Shown in pieces: positions 17,879 to 25,544 of a DNA stretch of 32,000 nt. The position numbers and the translations under genes are program-made. Within the stretch, counting starts at the first letter, position 1. Each line of letters begins with the position of its first letter. The stretch comes from Nonlabens ponticola (GTDB lineage Bacteria; Bacteroidota; Bacteroidia; Flavobacteriales; Flavobacteriaceae): positions 150,001 to 182,000 of the forward strand of contig NZ_CP034549.1 of NCBI RefSeq assembly GCF_003966335.1, written 5' to 3'. The notes beneath the pieces are model-generated. The model worked only from the letters and a program-made list of their open reading frames with translations, ran no database searches and was not told the DNA's origin.

Positions 17879-18478
17879 TTAATCTAATAATAGTTGAAAG
17901 TCTGGATGATCCTTAACATCATCTTCTGTATCGACATCGTTGCGCTCTTCAAGCATTGCATAATCTAGGCCTTCCAGATCTTTAAGAGTTTTCTCTAGGA
18001 CTGTTGACGTTCCCCAATCCTTGTTCTCAAAGATACCATTAGGAATCTTGTCCCTAAAGCCCAAAAGATAATAACCACCATCCATTGCTGGTCCTATCAC
18101 AGCGTCCTTTTCATTGAGCTTTTTAAAGGCGTCGTCTATCTCTAGCGCAGTGAGATCATACATGTCAGACCCTATGATAATGACACTCTGGTGTCGTTCT
18201 AGTGCTTGTTCAAAAGCAAATCTCATGCGCTCGCCTAGATCATTGCCTTGCTGCTGGTATTTTTCATAGGCCAGATTATCCCAATCATCATCCTTATGGA
18301 CACGCTCGCTGTACCAGACCTGCTTGACGCCATAGATGTTTTTTGTAATCGATCGTGTGTGGTCGAGTAAAAACTTATAAATCTCCAGCGCTTTTTCATC
18401 GCCCAGCGTTGCAGCCAGACGACGTTTACCTTTCCCTAATTCTGGATTGCGAGTGAATATGATGAGGCAGTTGGTCAT
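17879..18478 (-). CDS. DUF2064 / TIGR04282-like glycosyltransferase-fold protein
   Basis: LIIFTRNPELGKGKRRLA...ALEIYKFLLDHT at the N-terminus and GPAMDGGYYLLG are typical of DUF2064. It lies 3 nt upstream of PNP. Confidence 0.65.
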   Translation of the reverse strand: MTNCLIIFTRNPELGKGKRRLAATLGDEKALEIYKFLLDHTRSITKNIYGVKQVWYSERVHKDDDWDNLAYEKYQQQGNDLGERMRFAFEQALERHQSVIIIGSDMYDLTALEIDDAFKKLNEKDAVIGPAMDGGYYLLGFRDKIPNGIFENKDWGTSTVLEKTLKDLEGLDYAMLEERNDVDTEDDVKDHPDFQLLLD

Positions 18479-18576
18479 TTGTGAGTTAAGTTTTGGTTTA
18501 CGGCCTAGGTAATTTTAATATGCAACAATAGGACAACTCAGTCATTTTAACGATCTTTCCTTATCAAAATTCAATT

Positions 18577-18819
18577 ATGGCAACCGTTGATAATATAAGA
18601 AACAGTTTGATTAAAAAGCTCCTAGCAGTAAGCGATAGAGAATTTTTGAAAGCGTTAGACCAGTTAGTCGCGACGACTACCAAAGAAACAGAGGTCATAC
18701 AATTGACTGATGAGCAACATAAATTACTCATGTTGAGTGAAGATGATATTAGAGAAGGTAACACCATTTCTCAAGAAGCTATGAACAAACGTAATAGAGA
18801 GTGGCTGGGCGCAATGTAA
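18577..18819 (+). CDS. Putative antitoxin of a type II toxin-antitoxin pair
   Basis: 80-aa acidic protein immediately upstream of the ParE-like toxin ORF and overlapping it by 19 nt. It was called from context only. Confidence 0.55.
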   Translation: MATVDNIRNSLIKKLLAVSDREFLKALDQLVATTTKETEVIQLTDEQHKLLMLSEDDIREGNTISQEAMNKRNREWLGAM

Positions 18820-19112
18820 TATGGACCAAGACTGCTGATATTCAATTTATAGGGATTCTAGAATACTGGGTTAGAAGAAACAATTCCAAATCGTATTCAA
18901 TAAAGCTAATCGAAAAAGTAGAAGACTACACTAATAAAATTGCAATAGACCCTTTACTTTTTCAAAAGACCAGTTTTCAGAATACGAGAATGGCGGTACT
19001 TGGAAACTATAGCATCTTTTATCAATTTACAGATAGTGATGTAATAATCATGGCTTTCTGGGACAATAGACAAGATCCCAAAAAACTATTGGCCGTTCTG
19101 AGAACAAAATAG
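18801..19112 (+). CDS. RelE/ParE-family type II toxin
   Basis: About 100 aa. IWTKTADIQFIGILEYW, a NYSIFYQF beta-strand and VIIMAFWDNRQDPKKL at the C-terminus fit the ParE-like pattern. The only in-frame start-like codon is the GTG at 18801. Confidence 0.65.
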   Translation: MAGRNVIWTKTADIQFIGILEYWVRRNNSKSYSIKLIEKVEDYTNKIAIDPLLFQKTSFQNTRMAVLGNYSIFYQFTDSDVIIMAFWDNRQDPKKLLAVLRTK

Positions 19113-19137
19113 TTGTGAGAAATCAGGAATATTTTTA

Positions 19138-19164
19138 GGATTTGGAATTTGGAATTTGGAATTT
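19138..19164. repeat. 7-bp microsatellite (GGATTT)(GGAATTT)x3
   Basis: aggatttggaatttggaatttggaattt lies between the convergent 3' ends of the toxin gene and ruvC. Confidence 0.8.
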
Positions 19165-19182
19165 AAACATACCCGACCACTC

Positions 19183-19737
19183 TTATTTATCCACTCGTTT
19201 CTCATTCTGCTTAACATAGGCTGCCCATCCAGAATAGTTTTTACCTATCTCAATCCTACCGCTGTTATAAAAATGGCATACTGCCGCGGCAAGACCATCG
19301 GTCATGTCTAGGTTTTTGGGAAGTTCCTTTAAATTAAGGGTACTTTTAAGCATGGCGGCAACTTGTTCCTTGCTCGCGGTTCCTTTTCCTGTGATGGATT
19401 GTTTGATTTTTCTGGGTGCATATTCGGTTACAGGGATGTCACGAGACAATCCTGCAGCCATCGCAACGCCTTGTGCGCGGCCCAATTTAAGCATGGATTG
19501 CACGTTCTTACCAAAAAACGGTGCTTCCAGCGCAATCTCATCTGGATGATAGGTATCTATAAGCTCAATAGTACGTTCAAAAATGCGACGCAGTTTGATG
19601 TATGGATCTTTGATTTTTCTTAAATCAAGCTCATTCATCTGAATAAATGACATGGTGTTGCCCACGACCTTGATCACGCCAAAACCCATGATCGCCGTTC
19701 CCGGATCAACTCCTAAAATGATTCTTTCCTTAGCCAA
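19183..19737 (-). CDS. ruvC: Crossover junction endodeoxyribonuclease RuvC
   Basis: ERIILGVDPGTAIMGFGVI, EIALEAPFFGKNVQSMLKLGRAQG and DMTDGLAAAVCH are the canonical RuvC motifs. The start is a TTG; there is no in-frame ATG between it and the upstream stop. Confidence 0.9.
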   Translation of the reverse strand: MAKERIILGVDPGTAIMGFGVIKVVGNTMSFIQMNELDLRKIKDPYIKLRRIFERTIELIDTYHPDEIALEAPFFGKNVQSMLKLGRAQGVAMAAGLSRDIPVTEYAPRKIKQSITGKGTASKEQVAAMLKSTLNLKELPKNLDMTDGLAAAVCHFYNSGRIEIGKNYSGWAAYVKQNEKRVDK

Positions 19738-19755
19738 TTGTTGTAATTTGAGCCC

Positions 19756-20646
19756 ATGCTAGGCATCTCAAACAAAGCTAAACATTTCTTGTTCCTGACC
19801 TTGAAGATCGCGGTAATTCTGTTAATCGTGACATTCCTAGTTCTTAAATGGCAATCGCAACCGTTTTCATTCATTGATCTTAAAATCTATGCCTTGTCAT
19901 TACCCATTTATCTTTGGGTATTATTACCATTACTAAGCTTGTCAAGCTGGCTGGTAGAAAGTCTCAAATGGCAATTTCTTGTAAGAGATTTTAGAGAATT
20001 ACGCTTTCGCGAAAGCATCATCCAAAACCTCACATCGCAAGCAACAAGCTTTTTAACACCGCTGCGCGCTGGAGAATTTGCCACCAAACCTTTCTTTTTT
20101 CAAGCAGATTACCGCAGGAAAGTGCTGAGAGCCGTGTTTACAGGAAACGTATTGCAAATGGCGATCACGGTAATCCTAGGTGTACCAGCATTGATATTTT
20201 TACTTGATGTGCCGATGTTATGGATAAGTGTTTGTGCCGTTGTCGCCATCCTGCTGGTGTTGATAGAACAGCGATGGATGAATTTACTCAGGCTTACTAA
20301 TGTCGAGTTTGTAAGTATTGTGCTTCTTAGTTTAGGGCGATATCTGCTGTTTGCAAGCGTGTGGTTGATATTGATTTTAAACAGCGATATTTTCACAACC
20401 ATCATTAGCGTGATGGCAGCAATAAGTGCTATGTATCTCGTGGTGTCCATACTACCGGTATTGCAATGGATGGATATCATCGTGCGATTGGGTGCGGCGC
20501 AATTCTTTTTGTCCATGTTAGGTGTTGATAGTGCAGAAATTGTGTTGATGGTTTTTATCGTCTGGTTGACTAATACGCTGTTACCAACGGCAATTGGTTC
20601 TCTTATACTCATATCCTTGCGATCTCCTAAAAATCTACTTGCATGA
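19756..20646 (+). CDS. Polytopic membrane protein (flippase-like / lysyl-PG-synthase TM-region-like)
   Basis: 296 aa with about 8 hydrophobic helices. An ATGA overlap links it to the downstream GT2 gene. The family assignment comes mainly from context. Confidence 0.45.
   Translation: MLGISNKAKHFLFLTLKIAVILLIVTFLVLKWQSQPFSFIDLKIYALSLPIYLWVLLPLLSLSSWLVESLKWQFLVRDFRELRFRESIIQNLTSQATSFLTPLRAGEFATKPFFFQADYRRKVLRAVFTGNVLQMAITVILGVPALIFLLDVPMLWISVCAVVAILLVLIEQRWMNLLRLTNVEFVSIVLLSLGRYLLFASVWLILILNSDIFTTIISVMAAISAMYLVVSILPVLQWMDIIVRLGAAQFFLSMLGVDSAEIVLMVFIVWLTNTLLPTAIGSLILISLRSPKNLLA
20002..20017. repeat. Palindrome family copy H (15/16), inside a CDS
   Basis: Lies in the flippase-like membrane protein gene and is read as EL-RFRES-II. 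Confidence 0.85.
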
Positions 20647-21791
20647 TGTTTGTCGTGGTGGTTATCAGCCTTGGGTATGCACTGTTGTTATTATCGCTTG
20701 CCATGCCTGCACTTACCTATCAACCACATCCCACGAGTAGGAAAAAAAACGTAGGATCCGCTCCTATCAAGTTTACTATTATCATAACTTATAGAAATGA
20801 GGCTGCTGTCCTGCCGCGTTTACTAGGCAGCATCGCACAGGTTGATTACCCAGCAGATTGTTCACAATGGATTTTAGTCAACGACGCGAGTGAGGATAAT
20901 AGTGCTAAAATAATCTCTGATTTTAAAGAAACTTATAAGCACCTAAATCTTAAAATGCTGGATCGAATACCTCAATCCAATAGTGGCAAAAAAGACGCTA
21001 TCACTCAAGCACTGGATCAAGCTCTTTACGACAACATCATCACTACTGATGCAGATTGTCAGCTGCCCAACCATTGGCTCAAAGCATACAATCAACACTA
21101 CCAGCAATATGCCGATGCTCAATTTATCGCAGCACCTGTGATTATTGAAAGTGATGATTTGCTAACTCAATTACAGGCAAGCGAGATGCTTTCACTGCAA
21201 GCAATTAGCATAGGTGCTTTTTCATATAGGCAACCCTTCTTGAGTAATGGTGCTAATATGTCTTTCTTAAAAGAGGCTTTTTATCAAGTTGATGGATATG
21301 CTGGAAACAATCAAATATCTAGCGGTGATGATATTTTTTTACTCGAGAAACTAGCTGCCGAAGATGTGATACAATGCCACTATCTTAAGAGTGATGATGC
21401 TATAGTGACGACCTTACCTAAAAGGTCTTTAAATGGGATAATCAGACAGCGTGTTCGCTGGTCAAAAAAAGGTTCTAAAACCAAAAGCATGCTCAACAAA
21501 CTAGTTAGCTTTCAAGTTTTGGCGATGTCGTTGTTATGGATTGTTGCACCACTACTCTATCTGGTAGAGGTAATCACGCTAGATCTATGGCTCATTGTTT
21601 GGATACTAAAGTTCTTTACTGATGCCATCGTGTTGCTCATTGGCTCAACAGCACTTAACCAGAGTGGGTTGAATTCTTGGTTTTTAATTAATCACTTAGG
21701 CTATCCTTTTATTGTTATCGCCATTGCTTTTAAATCAATAACAGCAAAGGTCATCTGGAACGATAGAGTTATTGATCGGCAGATTTCTTAA
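20643..21791 (+). CDS. Family 2 glycosyltransferase with N- and C-terminal transmembrane segments
   Basis: FTIIITYRNEA, VNDASEDNS, TDADC, SGDDIFLLEK and RQRVRWSKKG (a QxxRW-like motif) fit a membrane GT2. C-terminal hydrophobic helices are present. Confidence 0.75.
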   Translation: MMFVVVVISLGYALLLLSLAMPALTYQPHPTSRKKNVGSAPIKFTIIITYRNEAAVLPRLLGSIAQVDYPADCSQWILVNDASEDNSAKIISDFKETYKHLNLKMLDRIPQSNSGKKDAITQALDQALYDNIITTDADCQLPNHWLKAYNQHYQQYADAQFIAAPVIIESDDLLTQLQASEMLSLQAISIGAFSYRQPFLSNGANMSFLKEAFYQVDGYAGNNQISSGDDIFLLEKLAAEDVIQCHYLKSDDAIVTTLPKRSLNGIIRQRVRWSKKGSKTKSMLNKLVSFQVLAMSLLWIVAPLLYLVEVITLDLWLIVWILKFFTDAIVLLIGSTALNQSGLNSWFLINHLGYPFIVIAIAFKSITAKVIWNDRVIDRQIS

Positions 21792-22269
21792 TTTCTTGAG
21801 GAACGATGATGATAGGCAATTGATAGCTTGTAGCGACTGGAATTCCTTGTTTGAGGGCACTGTCAATGCTAGGTAAATCTGCCAGAGCAATGTTAAGTAG
21901 TGAATCCATAGAAACCTTATTGACGTGATAAGCGCTATCCACAAGTCCTTTATAGGATAATTGTCCTTGAGCATTGACCTCTAATAAAGCAACTATACTG
22001 TCACGACTGGATATGGTTTGTTGTAATTGGTTATTGAGCAATCGATTTGAGATGAGTTCCTGCATCGCCTCATAAAAACATTCTTTATTTTGATCCAGCT
22101 CGTCACAATTATCAAATCGCGGATAGATATCTACCTCGCTCATATCAACTCGCTCAAAACGTTCCTGTGCCATACGCTGTGCCTCTAGGTTCTTGTCAGC
22201 ATCTGTTTTACAGGAAGCTACCAATAGTGCTAAGCAGAAAAGGATGATATTTACATAACGCTTGCTCAA
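21769..22269 (-). CDS. Hypothetical lipoprotein, possibly with a TonB-C-like fold
   Basis: Lipobox LLVASC and the YPRFDNC...CFYEAMQELI pattern seen in flavobacterial TonB-C-like proteins. It has a TTG start in a TTGA overlap with the upstream TPR gene. Its 3' end overlaps the convergent GT2 gene by 23 nt. Confidence 0.4.
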   Translation of the reverse strand: MSKRYVNIILFCLALLVASCKTDADKNLEAQRMAQERFERVDMSEVDIYPRFDNCDELDQNKECFYEAMQELISNRLLNNQLQQTISSRDSIVALLEVNAQGQLSYKGLVDSAYHVNKVSMDSLLNIALADLPSIDSALKQGIPVATSYQLPIIIVPQEIKKSADQ

Positions 22270-23426
22270 TCCTGTGGGCTCATAAACTGTTCTTTTTTGA
22301 GATCGCTCAATCGCGCCGCTGCTGACTCGCCATAATCAGAATCAGTACCAAATCTCTGGACAAACCGCTCGTAATACTGAATAATGGTTTCTTTGTCCTT
22401 AAAATAATTATCGGCTGCTAAAACTAGTTGGTAAGCAATGATCTCATCTTCTGGAGCTTCTTGTGAAGCTAGTTTTATGTAGTTGAACGCTTTTTTAAGA
22501 TCACCTTTTTGAGCCCAAATGGATGATAATTGTAAATACTCCTGATCTATAGCTGGTCGCTTGTAAAGAATACTATTTTCCATCGCATCTACCGCTTTAT
22601 CATACTCTTTAAGACGATAGTAAGCTCGAGCAAGCTGAAACCATATAAGTGCATTCCCTTCTTCATATTGATCGATGTAGATTTTGAAACTATCTGCTGC
22701 TTGCTGCCATTGAGCATCTCCTAGGTATGATAGACCCAAGGTTTTCCTGTTAAATTCTGTATCGTTGCCTAGTTCAAAAAGCTTGTTGAAGACTTCAATA
22801 GCTTTATCATATAGTTTTGCATTATAGTAAGCTTGTCCTAGTAAACTGTTTATTTTAATATCATCTGGATTTTGTTGTAATCCTTCTTGAGCTGTGGCGA
22901 TCGCCTTAAAAGATTGACGTGTTTTAATAAAATTGCTTATTGATTCTATACGAGCCGCACGATATGCTGGCTGCAACTTTAGCGCTTGTGAATAGTTGAT
23001 GATTGCAGAATCAGTCTGATTGAGAATGTCTTGAGATTCCGCCAGGTAATAATGATACGTCGCTACTTGAGAATTATTTGCTTGTAAATTCTTAAAAATA
23101 GTCAAGGCTTGCAATGGTTGATTGCTGCGCAATAGTAATTTACCTAACTCAAACCTGGTTTGATCGTCTTCTGGAGTAATAAGTAACGCTTTTTCATAAC
23201 TTGATATAGCGAGATCTGGATTACCCATAGTTGTGTAAACGCGAGCGATTTTTTTATAAGTATCTACATCGTCATGTACCTGATTGTATTGATCTAAAGC
23301 TTCACTGTATCTACCTAGAGCGAATAAGCTATCACCTGCGATAATAGTTGATTGTTGCGCTGCGACATGACACAAAATCATACAAGTAAAATAGGTAAGA
23401 GTAAGTTGCTTCAAGATTTTGGGCAT
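22266..23426 (-). CDS. Tetratricopeptide-repeat (TPR) protein, secreted
   Basis: Repeated 34-residue A..Y..AL..P-type units run throughout (e.g. YSEALDQYNQV, AISSYEKALLITPED, AIINYSQALKLQPAY). An N-terminal signal-like segment is present. Confidence 0.75.
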   Translation of the reverse strand: MPKILKQLTLTYFTCMILCHVAAQQSTIIAGDSLFALGRYSEALDQYNQVHDDVDTYKKIARVYTTMGNPDLAISSYEKALLITPEDDQTRFELGKLLLRSNQPLQALTIFKNLQANNSQVATYHYYLAESQDILNQTDSAIINYSQALKLQPAYRAARIESISNFIKTRQSFKAIATAQEGLQQNPDDIKINSLLGQAYYNAKLYDKAIEVFNKLFELGNDTEFNRKTLGLSYLGDAQWQQAADSFKIYIDQYEEGNALIWFQLARAYYRLKEYDKAVDAMENSILYKRPAIDQEYLQLSSIWAQKGDLKKAFNYIKLASQEAPEDEIIAYQLVLAADNYFKDKETIIQYYERFVQRFGTDSDYGESAAARLSDLKKEQFMSPQD

Positions 23427-23462
23427 GCTATTTGTTTTCTCATAATTCTAAAATACTACATT

Positions 23463-23996
23463 ATGAAAAATATACTACTATTAATGGTGCTCGCAGTAGC
23501 CACTATCTCATGTGAAGGCGATCCAGGATTTGATGGACGTGATGGAATAGACGGTCGTGATGGAATCGATGGCATTACAGTAGAGGCCTTATCGTTTGAG
23601 GAGACTGTTGATTTTAATGAGGATAATGATTATAGAGTCTTTTTACCGTTTGAAGATTATGTCGATCTTAATGATGTAGGTCTAGACGATATGACGTTGG
23701 TCTACATTCTATTTGATCAATTTGAAGATGACAATGGTGATGTATTTGATGTATGGAGATTGATACCTCAGGTACTGTATAGCGACAATGGTGAGTATCA
23801 GTATAATTTTTCTGCGACAAACTTTGATGTTGAAATCTTTGTAGATACTCCAGATCTAGACGATAGAGGCAACTTGAATGAGGCTGATCTTGAAAACCAA
23901 ACCTTTAGAGTTGTGATATTGCCTATTGACTTTGCAACAGACCCTAATATTGATGTGTCTGATTATGAAAGTGTTGCAAAACTACTTAAGCTGTAG
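23463..23996 (+). CDS. Hypothetical acidic lipoprotein with a short collagen-like Gly-X-Y tract
   Basis: I prefer the ATG at 23463 (MKNILLLMVLAVATISC lipobox) to the 23352 start, which overlaps the TPR gene. GDPGFDGRDGIDGRDGIDGIT gives seven G-X-Y triplets. Confidence 0.55.
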   Translation: MKNILLLMVLAVATISCEGDPGFDGRDGIDGRDGIDGITVEALSFEETVDFNEDNDYRVFLPFEDYVDLNDVGLDDMTLVYILFDQFEDDNGDVFDVWRLIPQVLYSDNGEYQYNFSATNFDVEIFVDTPDLDDRGNLNEADLENQTFRVVILPIDFATDPNIDVSDYESVAKLLKL

Positions 23997-24049
23997 TCCT
24001 AACATTATTATTTGAATAGCCAAGAGAGCAGCCGTAATAGGCTGCTTTT

Positions 24050-24859
24050 TTATTGTAGTAAGTTGTCCTCAAGCCATAGTGCGACTCCATCTTTCTTGTG
24101 ATGTAAAGTGACATCGTTTGCAACCGCCTTGACCTCTGGTCGTGCATTCTCAACAGCGACGCCATATCCAGCGTCACGCAACATCTCAATATCATTGTAG
24201 TTATCACCAAATGCGGCCACCTCTCTAATACTTATCCGTTTGAAGTTAGTACTTAGCAGCAGTTGTAGCGCACTACTTTTTGATATTCCTGCTGGTGAGA
24301 TTTCGGTATAAGTATCTTTTGAGCGGTATAAATGTAGTTTTTTGGACAGTGCTTTGTTGGCTTTCGCGAAAGCGGAATCCATATCATCCTTATCGCCCAT
24401 GTACATAATCTTGTGGGCGCCGCCTGCTCCCTGAGTACGCTCTAATTGAGCAAGGGTCATAGCGAGATCCTGCACAATAGGTTGCACGCGTGTGTTGTTG
24501 ATCTCGCGCGCCGTCCATTTGTCCACCTGCGTTACAAACCACTCGTCATCGCGGTAGATGCTCACATGTAAATTGTGCGCTACGCCTATTTGTGCCACTT
24601 CCTTGATAATTGCAAACGGTATGGTTAGACTATAAAGTTCATGACCTTGATGCTTTATAAGTGCGCCGTTGTAACAAATGATGGGCGCACCAGAACGACC
24701 CAAAGCGTCTTGCAAATAATACATGGCACTGGGCATGCGTGCAGAAATTAATATCACGGGAATCTCTAGCTGACTAAATATCGACCTTGTTTTCTGGGAA
24801 ATGAAGCGATTATCGTCAAGCAGCGTGCCGTCAATATCTGTAGCAATAAGTTTAACCAT
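24050..24859 (-). CDS. Cof-type HAD-IIB family hydrolase (sugar phosphatase-like)
   Basis: LIATDIDGTLL (DxDGT motif I), ISARMP, and AFGDNYNDIEML (motif IV). 269 aa. Confidence 0.82.
   Translation of the reverse strand: MVKLIATDIDGTLLDDNRFISQKTRSIFSQLEIPVILISARMPSAMYYLQDALGRSGAPIICYNGALIKHQGHELYSLTIPFAIIKEVAQIGVAHNLHVSIYRDDEWFVTQVDKWTAREINNTRVQPIVQDLAMTLAQLERTQGAGGAHKIMYMGDKDDMDSAFAKANKALSKKLHLYRSKDTYTEISPAGISKSSALQLLLSTNFKRISIREVAAFGDNYNDIEMLRDAGYGVAVENARPEVKAVANDVTLHHKKDGVALWLEDNLLQ
24359..24374. repeat. Palindrome family copy I (15/16; followed by GAATCC), inside a CDS
   Basis: Lies in the Cof-type HAD gene (minus strand) and is read as DS-AFAKA-NK. Confidence 0.85.
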
Positions 24860-25089
24860 GTGGCGAAACTATGCATTAGGTAAGCAGCAAAAAAGCTTTT
24901 GAATTATTTTTAAAAAAGATGGTCACTCGCTTGCCAGTTTATTAATGATAGGTATATTTGCATCCGCTAACGCAGAAATGCTTTAGTATCGTTCTGAAAT
25001 TTTTTTGATGTTCCTTTTGACTAATTCATCAGGTTTATCAATGAATATAGATATAGACATCGCTTATAAAGTCTCTAAAATAGTAGCAC

Positions 25090-25163
25090 GGTCTGGTAGT
25101 TCAGCTGGTTAGAATGTCGCCCTGTCACGGCGAAGGTCGCGGGTTCGAATCCCGTCCAGACCG
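25090..25163 (+). tRNA. tRNA-Asp (anticodon GTC)
   Basis: Hand-folded cloverleaf. Acceptor stem GGTCTGG/CCAGACC, D stem GTTC/GAAT, anticodon stem TCGCC/GGCGA with loop CTGTCAC, T stem GCGGG/CCCGT with loop TTCGAAT, discriminator G. CCA is not encoded. Confidence 0.92.
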
Positions 25164-25203
25164 CAAATTTTGGTTTGACAACCAATGTAAGATTCAAGTT
25201 GTG

Positions 25204-25290
25204 TGTCCTCTAAAACAATTGAGGATTTGAAGGCGTCGATAAGATGCTTTTTGAGAAGCTTTTCCGAATAGGAGAGGCTTTTTTGTTTTT
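25204..25290 (+). ncRNA. Candidate small RNA / repeat unit 1 (41-nt conserved core plus terminator-like hairpin)
   Basis: The core TGTCCTCTAAAACAATTGAGGATTTGAAGGCGTCGATAAGA (25204-25244) recurs at 25360-25400 with one mismatch. The unit ends in a hairpin plus T-run. Confidence 0.35.
25258..25290 (+). terminator. Rho-independent terminator-like hairpin closing repeat unit 1
   Basis: GCTTTTCC-GAATA-GGAGAGGC (8-bp stem including two G-U pairs) is followed by TTTTTTGTTTTT. Confidence 0.45.
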
Positions 25291-25359
25291 AAAGCCTCAA
25301 AGAAATGTTTTTGGCATCCAAAATTTTAGGTATGTTCTAGTCCCGATCACTGATTGAGA

Positions 25360-25445
25360 TGTCCTCTAATACAATTGAGGATTTGAAGGCGTCGATAAGA
25401 GGCTCTTTGATCCTGAAGTTTGAGAAATTAAGGAGAAACTTTTTT
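25360..25445 (+). ncRNA. Candidate small RNA / repeat unit 2
   Basis: The core at 25360-25400 matches unit 1 at 40 of 41 positions. The downstream part is degenerately similar and ends in the AAGTTT...AAACTT stem followed by a T-run (25416-25445). Confidence 0.3.
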
Positions 25446-25544
25446 AAGGTTGTTACTTTGCTTTTACAAGAACTAGCATAGATCAAAAATTGACACAAAG
25501 ACTTACCCCAATTACTGCTAAAACTAAATCGATTTCCTGCATAA

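Noticed and set aside
15386-18478. Calling the DUF2064/GT2 cluster an arsenosugar biosynthesis locus
   Set aside because: No radical-SAM ArsS, ArsM or arsenic-resistance gene is visible in the window. The family names come from database profiling, not from evidence in this sequence.
24953-24960. TATATTTG -7-like box upstream of tRNA-Asp
   Set aside because: It matches TAnnTTTG but lies about 130 nt upstream of the mature tRNA 5' end. I could not find a closer box, so the evidence is too uncertain to list it as a feature.
25274-25298. Alternative hairpin GAGGCTTT-N9-AAAGCCTC
   Set aside because: It competes with the 25258-25278 stem and is not followed by a T-run on either strand. The GCTTTTCC/GGAGAGGC stem with its T-tract is the more terminator-like fold.
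25090-25400. The direct repeats after tRNA-Asp interpreted as attL/attR of an integrated element
   Set aside because: The 41-nt repeat has no similarity to the 3' end of the tRNA. The two copies are only 156 bp apart with nothing between them, and no integrase is present in the window.
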